From the IMG/VR virus record IMGVR_UViG_3300008108_000013: DNA of 64,000 bases. One strand, written 5' to 3'. A program made the translations under genes and the position numbers. This document shows positions 56,174 to 64,000 of the stretch, one piece after another; position 1 is the first letter of the stretch; each line of letters starts with the position of its first letter. The stretch comes from a virus. Taxonomy: Duplodnaviria; Heunggongvirae; Uroviricota; Caudoviricetes. Below the pieces are notes generated by a model. The model saw only the letters and a list, made by a program, of their open reading frames with translations, did not search any database and was not told where the DNA came from.

Positions 56174-59038
56174 ATGAGTCAGCTTATAAATTTAAGGTTA
56201 AGACCCACTGAAACAGACTACTTGGACAGCCAAGGATTTAATAGCGGATCGGTTTTTTACAATAAAGACAGAAATACGCTGGTGCTGATGGATGGCCAAA
56301 CTACAGGCGGCTATGAGCTATTAAGAGCAGATTTTTCAAATATATCCGGAACTGGAAATATAAATTTCGGTTCACGATCTGTCACTGCAAACGAATTTAT
56401 AGGCGATGGGTCTCAGCTAACAAATCTCCCAATACCCTCAGGGCTAGTTACAGAAACCTACGTAAACACTCAAATTTCTACAGCGTTTAACACTAAAGCC
56501 ACTACAACCACACTAGGTACTGTCAAAGTTGACGGGACAACAATTCTAATTGACGCAAATGGAGTTATCAGCTCTGTCGGTGGCGGTGGCGGTGGTGGCG
56601 GTGGGGTCGATCTAACAGCATTTAGTGTTGCTGCCGAACCAGCTCCATCCGGTAACGGCAGTTTATCTTATAATAACACTAACGGAGTTTTTACTTATAC
56701 ACCGCCTGATTTGAGTAGCTTCTTAACCAGCTATACAGAGACCGATACTTTATCTTCAGTAACTGCACGAGGATCAACAACATCTCAAGCAATTACAATC
56801 AGTAACTTATTAACCGCAGATAGTTTGACAATTAATAATGATTCATTATTAGACGGTAATGTATCAGTTTCTCAAGACCTAACGATAAGCGGAGATCTCT
56901 ATACCACTAGCATTATTAATAATGCAACAGGAGTTCCTCGATGGACCTCTGGTAGTGATTTTATAATTGATGCTGCCGGGGATGTGAATGTAGTCGGTAG
57001 CAAGATTACTAATTTAGGAACACCTACAGATTTAACTGACGCGGCAACAAAAGCCTATGTCGACAGCGCGGCATCTGCGTTTAACGGCGGTACTGTTGCT
57101 GGTGCGATCAACATAACAGATAGTACTGCTTCAACAAATAAAGATACCGGTGCATTAATAGTTAATGGTGGTGTCGGTGTTGAAGGCAATGTCTATGCCG
57201 GCGGACTAATTTATGTATACGACACCGGAACTTCTAGTTATACTCCTGTCCTTACTAGTGCGTCCGGTGGATATAACGGCGGTATTATTTCAGGTACTGT
57301 TTTTATTAACAACAGTACTGTTTCAACATCTGCAACTTCGGGTGCATTGAGAGTAACAGGCGGCGTTGGTATTGCAGGCACACTGAATACTGGCCCAGAT
57401 GCATATTTCAATGCTATTAGATTTGGGCGTGGTGCTAATAGCGGATTAGGATCTAATACCAACGTTGCAGTAGGCGGCGGCACCGGTAATGATACTCCAC
57501 TGGCCGTTAACACTACTGGTTTGAATAATATTGCTATCGGATATAAAACCCTCAGCGGTATTATTAATTCCAATGATAACGTGGCTATCGGTTATAGTGC
57601 GTTGGGACAAAGAACCTCTGGAAACAGTAACGTTGGTATCGGGACTAATGCACTTTTAATTGGAGCATCTAGTAGCAATACTGCAATAGGTGCTGGAGCA
57701 ATGGCCAATGCTACAGGAGATACCAGCACTTGTATAGGCCACGATGCATTACATGATTCAGCAGGCTCCGGAAACATTGGTATAGGATTTATTGCCGGTA
57801 ATGCATTAGAAACTGGAGATTATAATGTTATTATTGGTAGTAATACCGGAGAAACTATCGACGGAACAAGTAATAATATTTTAATCTGTGACGGAGCCGG
57901 AAATGTAAGAATTAGTTCCGATGCTACCGGAACAGTACGTATTCCTGCAACTGCTAACAGTACATCAACATCAACCGGTGCTTTAGTCGTCACTGGAGGA
58001 ATAGGAGTAGGTGATTCAATATATGCTGGCGGAACTATCACAGTTTCTAATACTACAGCATCAACTAGCACTACAACTGGTAGTATTGTTACATCAGGCG
58101 GTCTTGGTGTCGCTGGAAATGTCTATGCTACTTCTTTTTACGGTGACGGATCAAATCTATCAAACGTAGCGGCGTCGTCTTTTTCAGGTGGTACTGTTGC
58201 AGGTGCAACATCGTTCACTAACACTACAGCATCAACTAGTACTATAACAGGGGCTGTTAGAATAACCGGTGGCCTTGGAGTACAAGGTGCGGTATATGCG
58301 GCTAACTTTAACGGTGTTATAGTCCCTACAGGTGGTACTGCTCCGGGCGCAAACAGATTTGTTAGAACAGAAGGTAACGGTTACACATATACAGGATATA
58401 TTAATGCTACCCACGGAACAGAAACTCTAACACTAGGAAGTGTTATTGTCAGTAACTCCACTGACAGCTTTTATAGACGGGTAACTCCAGCTAACTTTAA
58501 ATCTTATATTGGTGTCTCAGCAATTAACGGTGCGTCGTCAAGCAACTACGGAGCCGTAACTATACAAGGTGAAAAAAATACTTGGGCAGGCATTAGTTTT
58601 AGAGATAATGCAGGAACTCTTTGTAATACATTGATGGCTAGATCTAGCGACGGATATGGCGGAATTTATAATAAAGCTGATAATAATTGGTTATTACAGT
58701 GGGATGGTAGTGGTAACTTCACCGCAACTGCAAACGTAACAGCATATTCCGATGAACGCCTAAAGAAAAACGTTCAAAAGATTCCTAATGCTTTAGAAAA
58801 AGTTTTACAGTTAGATGGTGTTACTTTTGAAAGGATTGACAACGGCCAGCGCGGCACAGGTCTACTAGCGCAACAGTTACAAAAAGTGCTAGAAGAAGCA
58901 GTGATGGCTGATGAAAAGGGAATGTTAAGTGTTGCCTACGGAAACACAGTTGGATTGTTAGTTGAAGCAATTAAAGAACAACAGAGTCAGATTGAGCAAT
59001 TAAAGAATGAAATTTCTTTATTAAAAGGTAACAGATAA
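56174..59038 (+). CDS. Tail fibre with C-terminal intramolecular chaperone (peptidase S74)
   Basis: Repeats ST..STGAL.V.GG.G..G; N.A.G..AL YadA-head-like repeats; TAYSDERLKKN...GLLAQ..V.Y...LLVEAIKEQQ S74 domain. Confidence 0.88.
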   Translation: MSQLINLRLRPTETDYLDSQGFNSGSVFYNKDRNTLVLMDGQTTGGYELLRADFSNISGTGNINFGSRSVTANEFIGDGSQLTNLPIPSGLVTETYVNTQISTAFNTKATTTTLGTVKVDGTTILIDANGVISSVGGGGGGGGGVDLTAFSVAAEPAPSGNGSLSYNNTNGVFTYTPPDLSSFLTSYTETDTLSSVTARGSTTSQAITISNLLTADSLTINNDSLLDGNVSVSQDLTISGDLYTTSIINNATGVPRWTSGSDFIIDAAGDVNVVGSKITNLGTPTDLTDAATKAYVDSAASAFNGGTVAGAINITDSTASTNKDTGALIVNGGVGVEGNVYAGGLIYVYDTGTSSYTPVLTSASGGYNGGIISGTVFINNSTVSTSATSGALRVTGGVGIAGTLNTGPDAYFNAIRFGRGANSGLGSNTNVAVGGGTGNDTPLAVNTTGLNNIAIGYKTLSGIINSNDNVAIGYSALGQRTSGNSNVGIGTNALLIGASSSNTAIGAGAMANATGDTSTCIGHDALHDSAGSGNIGIGFIAGNALETGDYNVIIGSNTGETIDGTSNNILICDGAGNVRISSDATGTVRIPATANSTSTSTGALVVTGGIGVGDSIYAGGTITVSNTTASTSTTTGSIVTSGGLGVAGNVYATSFYGDGSNLSNVAASSFSGGTVAGATSFTNTTASTSTITGAVRITGGLGVQGAVYAANFNGVIVPTGGTAPGANRFVRTEGNGYTYTGYINATHGTETLTLGSVIVSNSTDSFYRRVTPANFKSYIGVSAINGASSSNYGAVTIQGEKNTWAGISFRDNAGTLCNTLMARSSDGYGGIYNKADNNWLLQWDGSGNFTATANVTAYSDERLKKNVQKIPNALEKVLQLDGVTFERIDNGQRGTGLLAQQLQKVLEEAVMADEKGMLSVAYGNTVGLLVEAIKEQQSQIEQLKNEISLLKGNR

Positions 59039-59733
59039 TGGCGTTAAATTCTACTGGACCGATTAGCCTTGCTGGTAGTATAACTGGTCAAAGTATTGCT
59101 CTAGAATTAGGTCGTACTGCTACAACATCGACGTCGTTAAACGAAACCGATGTTCGAAATTTGTTAGGAGTAGCATCCGGTACTATTTCTTTAAATAGCG
59201 CCTACGGTAAGTCAGCTGTAAGTACTCCCAATGCCGACGGTGGTGTATTAATTGTATTAAATCAAACTGCCGGCCTAAGAGGAGTAGGTCGTCCAGGATA
59301 CCACAACGAGGATGTTACTTATACAGACACTATTACTGCCGGGCCTTTTGGTCCATATACTACGCTTAATATTAATACATACGGAACAAATATCAGTAGA
59401 TTGTATCGAGGGTATTTTATACCTGCAACTACAGGTAGCCATAGATTTAGAGTAACCAGCGACGACGGTGCATACATGTGGTTAGGATCTGCGGCAATAT
59501 CGGGATACACCACTAGTAATTTGATTATAAACAATGGCGGCCTACATGGTCCTGTTGCAGTCACTAGCGGTTATTGGAATATGGACGCTGGAACATATTA
59601 TCCAATACGAATAGTCTACGGTAACAATGCAGCCAGCGGACAACTTACTCTAGAATGGGAAGGTCCAGGACAAGCCTTCACAACTAACGGGTCAAGTAGA
59701 TATTTTTATAATTCAGCAACTAACGGATTTTAA
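59038..59733 (+). CDS. Fibre-tip adhesin candidate with PA14 domain
   Basis: N-terminal MAL.STGPISL...I..ELG...SLN..GTISLN.AYGKS docking segment; GYFIPATTGSHRFRVTSDDGAYMW..NNGGLHG..YYPIRI PA14 motif. Confidence 0.8.
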   Translation: MALNSTGPISLAGSITGQSIALELGRTATTSTSLNETDVRNLLGVASGTISLNSAYGKSAVSTPNADGGVLIVLNQTAGLRGVGRPGYHNEDVTYTDTITAGPFGPYTTLNINTYGTNISRLYRGYFIPATTGSHRFRVTSDDGAYMWLGSAAISGYTTSNLIINNGGLHGPVAVTSGYWNMDAGTYYPIRIVYGNNAASGQLTLEWEGPGQAFTTNGSSRYFYNSATNGF

Positions 59734-59736
59734 CCT

Positions 59737-61281
59737 ATGAGTACAGAAGATCAAAACAAAGCAGTCGTTACACTACAAGTCGGTGTTGATGTAGACGCAT
59801 TTATCGAAGACATGGTCAGCGGAACCAACCATAACGAACACATGCCCGGAAGACGAGTAGAGCTATATAACGAAAAACCCGACAGTCTTAGAAACGTTGA
59901 TTTTGTATTAACACGAGATGAAGCTGAAAAATTAAAAGGCGATCCGAGGATCATTGACGTACGATACGGAACTAAAATTGAGAATGGTATTTTTTTAAGA
60001 CCTAGTGCCACTGATTCAGAAAAGTTATATTCAAAATCAAACACACTAACTAATACACATTACAATTGGGGGATTCCTGCCTGTGTAAATTCTACAAATC
60101 CGTTCGTATCAACAGATTTAAACTTTACGCATAGCTACCCTTTAGCAGGCGGCGGCGTAGATGTAGTGATACAGGACAGTGGAATAGATCCGAATCACCC
60201 CGAGTGGCTTAATCTCTCAGGAACTGCCAGTCGCTTACAACAAGTAAATTGGCCGACAGTTAGCGGGTTGACCGGAACCTATACACAAGACCCTAATCAT
60301 TACACCGACCCTGACGGGCATGGCACACATGTAGCAGGAACAGTTGCTGGAAGGCTATATGGTTGGGCTAAAGAAGCAAATATCTATGCTATTACAATCA
60401 TAGATAATGCCGCCGCATTTGGTATTAGTGCTAGTTTTAACATGATTAGACAATGGCATAATTTAAAATCAACAACATCAACTGGTTACAAGAGACCAAC
60501 TGTTGTGAACATGAGCTGGGAATATTATAAGATATATGAAAATATAACAGGTGGCATATATCGAGGAACTCCGTGGACTGCTACAACTCCGCAAAGTTTA
60601 TACGGAATGGTTCAAACCATTTATAATAGATTAACAGGACCTACTAGATACTATCATCCGGTTAGAGTAGCATCGGTAGACGCTGATATTGCAGATTGTA
60701 TCACGGCAGGAGTTATTTTAGTTGCGGCTGCAGGAAATGATGCACATAAAATTGATATAACTACCGGGCTTGATTATAACAATAGTTATACTGATTCAGT
60801 TAACGGAACAACATATTATCATAGGGGAGCAACACCAAACAATACATCTGGTGTTCTTACTGTGGGATCGGTTAAATTTGCACAACCAGAAGGGAAAAGT
60901 TTCTTTAGTAATGCAGGCCCCGGAGTAAACGTATGGGCACCCGGAGAAGCCATAATGAGCGCCATTCCAGTTGGCTCAACAATTGAAGGAAATTCTGGAT
61001 CCACTAGTTATCCGTTGAATGCAAATTATAAAGTAACGAAGATCAGCGGAACAAGCATGGCATCACCTCAAGTGGCCGGAGTAGTTGCTTGTATGTTAGG
61101 CGCAAGACCTAACTATAACCAAAGCCAAACAAAAACATGGGTAGAAACGCAGGCCAGTACAGGAAGGCTAACCGAAATAGGAAGCAGTTACACAGATCTA
61201 GCATATCTTCAAGGATCAGGCAATAAGTTCCTTAAACAGCCTTTCAGCTCTTCAATAGCTTGGTCGTTTAGCGGAAATTAA
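59737..61281 (+). CDS. Subtilisin-like serine protease (S8)
   Basis: Catalytic triad motifs VVIQDSG, HGTHVAG and SGTSMASP; oxyanion motif AAAGN. Confidence 0.93.
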   Translation: MSTEDQNKAVVTLQVGVDVDAFIEDMVSGTNHNEHMPGRRVELYNEKPDSLRNVDFVLTRDEAEKLKGDPRIIDVRYGTKIENGIFLRPSATDSEKLYSKSNTLTNTHYNWGIPACVNSTNPFVSTDLNFTHSYPLAGGGVDVVIQDSGIDPNHPEWLNLSGTASRLQQVNWPTVSGLTGTYTQDPNHYTDPDGHGTHVAGTVAGRLYGWAKEANIYAITIIDNAAAFGISASFNMIRQWHNLKSTTSTGYKRPTVVNMSWEYYKIYENITGGIYRGTPWTATTPQSLYGMVQTIYNRLTGPTRYYHPVRVASVDADIADCITAGVILVAAAGNDAHKIDITTGLDYNNSYTDSVNGTTYYHRGATPNNTSGVLTVGSVKFAQPEGKSFFSNAGPGVNVWAPGEAIMSAIPVGSTIEGNSGSTSYPLNANYKVTKISGTSMASPQVAGVVACMLGARPNYNQSQTKTWVETQASTGRLTEIGSSYTDLAYLQGSGNKFLKQPFSSSIAWSFSGN

Positions 61282-61727
61282 ATTAAATCAATAATGTCAA
61301 AGATTGTTTGAAGTTTAGATCTAATAGTTTTGTTTGAAAAACTATTGCGTAGACCTTGATGCAAGGGTTTTGGCGCATAGTCGATATCAGCCCATGCATA
61401 ACTACAATGTTCTTCGCTCAATATTGGAATAAACTCTGATTCTATTACACAGAGATAAGTGTGGAAGTTAAAGACTTTATCGTTGCTGACGAAAGTTTCT
61501 AACGGAATGGCTTTAATTATACTAGGAACCGATCCAACTTCTTCGGATACTTCTCTTTGCAGACCCTGCCATGGATTTTCATGCTGAAGATTTGTGCCGC
61601 CAACTAGTCCCCAAGTACCGGCATGTTTACCGTTGGCTTTTTGTAATAGTAAAACTCTTCGTGTAGATCTAGCGTAGAACAGTGCTCCACTACAGATAAT
61701 TTTATCAGTTACAGCTCTAGTCTCCAT
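61278..61727 (-). CDS. NUDIX hydrolase
   Basis: WGLVGG.....NPWQGLQREVSEEVG Nudix box; LSEEH..YAW. Confidence 0.85.
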   Translation of the reverse strand: METRAVTDKIICSGALFYARSTRRVLLLQKANGKHAGTWGLVGGTNLQHENPWQGLQREVSEEVGSVPSIIKAIPLETFVSNDKVFNFHTYLCVIESEFIPILSEEHCSYAWADIDYAPKPLHQGLRNSFSNKTIRSKLQTIFDIIDLI

Positions 61728-63169
61728 TCGCCTGCCTTATATTCACCTTCAAAGGATTTGTTCCAATACACACCATTCCACATATATTGAACTCCTGTGT
61801 ATATATTAGTTTGATATATAAGGGTGTCTGGTTCTTGGCTGCTGTTGAATATTATCTGCCATGCTGTTCCGGTCCACTCGATGATATCATTGGCGTTTGC
61901 AACAAAATTACCCCAGGGATTTGCAATAGTATTTTCTGAAGTATCGATAATATCCTCTATGATTAAGAATCTATCACCGACTTCAAGGTCGGTTATTCCG
62001 CTACCTGGATAGACTTTTGTCGGATCGATTATAGCGTCAAATGTTCCAGGACTATTTGGCCTATAACTATCTGCAGGGTTATAATCAATATCAGTGTCTA
62101 AGTTACCGTTGCTGTCTATTCCAGTATTTGTGTTGATAGTATCTCTATCCCACGATACAGTTAATATAGTCGAATCCATAGGATTTATAGCTACGGTTCC
62201 AACTACTTCCGTTCCGTTAGATTGTGTTAAGAACAGCATACTCGAACCGGCGATGTATTTTCCAGGATACTGATTTAATACAGTTTCCCAATTAATAGGT
62301 GTTCCTTGTCTTACAGGAATATCTAGAGTAGGTTCTCTAGGAATAGAACTTTCAGTTTTGCCGATTAGTATCGCTTGATTATTGTAAACCTGTATGTTAT
62401 AATCAGTGATGGTAGTTACAGTTCTAGTTAGCAACGATGAAAAACTCGTCTCTGGGCCGACTAGTGGCTGACCTAGACCTTCAATATAATTATTACTGTC
62501 TACTTGGTTAGCATCATATACGCTAGTAATAATTTTAGTGATAACACCGAGATGTTTGACCTTAGCTGGCGGACTAATCCATATTGGAGTTTCTAGTGTT
62601 AGTGTAGCAATATCTATAGCAGTATCTGTACCAACAGGAACTTGTCTGCTAGACCAACTAGTCTGTGTGAGATTTAGAACAGTTAAACTGGTCCAATCTA
62701 TATAATTGTCTGTTGTTTGTAATTCTAAACTTGGATTAAAGAAAACCAATATCTGTTCTAATAACTGTAATTTTTGCTCAGTATTAGCAGTCCATATGTC
62801 GCACTTCATTGTCAATTTAAATGGAGTGGGCATCAGACGCTCAACTGTGTAATTACGCCCTTGTGTAGTAGTATAAACGTCACCGTTTATTTCTCTTTCA
62901 CGTACATGTACCTTACCTACAAATGTTGAATCACTTAATCTCTCTTTGTCTAGATCGAGACCCGATACATAAACAGCTATTCTTGGCACAGAATTAATTT
63001 TATTTTCGCTATTCTGTCTCACGATACTAGCGGCCTGCCTATCTGCATCACCATACATCACAGGCACTCGCACTAGTGTACCGTCACCATATTTTACAGT
63101 GAAGTTACTCATAACACGGATTACCTGTGTTAGATATCTTCTTATTTGTCCATCATAAAACCATTGCAT
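61709..63169 (-). CDS. gp15: Tail sheath stabiliser/terminator gp15-like (C-terminally extended)
   Basis: FYDGQIRRY...VRVPVMYG...VPRIAV...MPTPFKLT...QLLEQILVFFNP. Confidence 0.75.
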   Translation of the reverse strand: MQWFYDGQIRRYLTQVIRVMSNFTVKYGDGTLVRVPVMYGDADRQAASIVRQNSENKINSVPRIAVYVSGLDLDKERLSDSTFVGKVHVREREINGDVYTTTQGRNYTVERLMPTPFKLTMKCDIWTANTEQKLQLLEQILVFFNPSLELQTTDNYIDWTSLTVLNLTQTSWSSRQVPVGTDTAIDIATLTLETPIWISPPAKVKHLGVITKIITSVYDANQVDSNNYIEGLGQPLVGPETSFSSLLTRTVTTITDYNIQVYNNQAILIGKTESSIPREPTLDIPVRQGTPINWETVLNQYPGKYIAGSSMLFLTQSNGTEVVGTVAINPMDSTILTVSWDRDTINTNTGIDSNGNLDTDIDYNPADSYRPNSPGTFDAIIDPTKVYPGSGITDLEVGDRFLIIEDIIDTSENTIANPWGNFVANANDIIEWTGTAWQIIFNSSQEPDTLIYQTNIYTGVQYMWNGVYWNKSFEGEYKAGEWRLEL

Positions 63170-64000
63170 TATAAATCCGCCTTAGGTCTAAGGGCCTTTG
63201 ATACGGCCTGTCGTTGTTCTTCTCTGCTGTTACATAGACTCAATTTCCATGTACCAGTATAGGGAATTGATTCTTGTGTAGTATTAATAATAGGTAAATT
63301 AATTCGAACTTTTCCACTATCATTATTGATGATCGTAGGATGATCGGCAACAGCATACGACATTTCTGTAGTATCTAATTTTAAAAATACATAAAGAGAA
63401 GTAGTATAATCGATGTCAGTATAGATTACTGTATCACCTTCTTCAAGAGAAACATAATCAACAGCCACAGCCTGATCATAGATATATTTGTTGTTGTTGA
63501 TAAACGATGTTTTGAGTGTTTGTCTTGTATCACTATTAGTCATAGTCATGCGTACATCGTCTTCTACACGAATCCAGCGTGTGCCTTCAAACTTAAACAG
63601 TCTGCTGGGCATAAAATCTGTACGCAAAAAGAAATCGTCTACGGCAGGCTGTTCTGGAAATTGGATACCATGGCCAAAAGTATAGCCATTTGACGGTGTA
63701 CCATCGCCGACTAGATATCCTGTATAACCTGTCCTTACAGGACGCTTTAAACTCTCAACAGTGGTATAGCCTACTTGGCTAGCATCCAGAGAATCTATAT
63801 CAGCAGTATTAATCTTTGTTTTGCCCTGCTCGTCCACAGCCAGCGTATAGAATTGGCGTGTTTCATAACCACTTTTTCCTTCTACTCTTTTGTACGGATC
63901 AGTTGGATCATATGGGACTGCGGTATTTGTATCATATTCTGCTTGTTGTATAATAGCATCGTTGATCTGTAATTCCTTAGCACGAGTACTGAGGATACTT
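63169..64000 (-). CDS. Neck protein (gp14-like), starts beyond the right edge (N-terminus missing)
   Basis: The frame stays open upstream of the track's 63837 start to the window edge (SILSTRAKELQINDAIIQQAE...KSGYETRQFYTLAVD). It directly precedes gp15. Confidence 0.6.
   Translation of the reverse strand, partial: SILSTRAKELQINDAIIQQAEYDTNTAVPYDPTDPYKRVEGKSGYETRQFYTLAVDEQGKTKINTADIDSLDASQVGYTTVESLKRPVRTGYTGYLVGDGTPSNGYTFGHGIQFPEQPAVDDFFLRTDFMPSRLFKFEGTRWIRVEDDVRMTMTNSDTRQTLKTSFINNNKYIYDQAVAVDYVSLEEGDTVIYTDIDYTTSLYVFLKLDTTEMSYAVADHPTIINNDSGKVRINLPIINTTQESIPYTGTWKLSLCNSREEQRQAVSKALRPKADL

Noticed and set aside
56579-56606. GGY-codon run encoding poly-Gly as a contingency repeat
   Set aside because: Mixed codons (GGT/GGC/GGG) indicate a protein-level linker rather than a slippage tract.
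50827-59733. Diversity-generating retroelement or invertase-based fibre switching
   Set aside because: No reverse transcriptase, recombinase or TR/VR-like near-identical DNA repeat pair was seen in the window.
1-64000. CRISPR array, tRNA genes, stop-codon reassignment
   Set aside because: No spaced direct repeats or cloverleafs were noticed. Genes are full-length and densely packed in the standard code.

Overview
This is a 64 kb segment of a large, AT-rich T4-like (distantly related myovirus-type, possibly jumbo) phage genome, almost entirely the virion morphogenesis region, in standard genetic code. From left to right it contains: a minus-strand baseplate operon (gp7-like partial, gp6, gp25, gp5, hub, gp53, gp48/54-like); a sigma70-driven gp55-gp47-gp46-Hc1-SGNH-GIY-YIG operon followed by about 460 nt of highly structured non-coding sequence; a gp26/gp51-like chaperone pair; tape measure, portal, core, protease, scaffold and major capsid genes; a roughly 30 kb fibre/appendage cluster including a 3168-aa protein; an antisense halogenase plus two 2OG-Fe(II) oxygenase cassette; an S74-chaperoned fibre, a PA14 adhesin and a subtilase; and a NUDIX gene with gp15/gp14 neck genes (partial). 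The most notable observations are (1) a minimal GIY-YIG nuclease directly followed by a large multi-stem RNA with a predicted kissing loop, (2) an apparent programmed -1 frameshift with a stimulatory stem that fuses the two tail chaperones, (3) structured 5' leaders on two late genes, and (4) a late-promoter halogenase/hydroxylase cassette inside the fibre genes. All product calls come from motif recognition and synteny, and all RNA structures were paired by eye. No database searches or folding programs were run.
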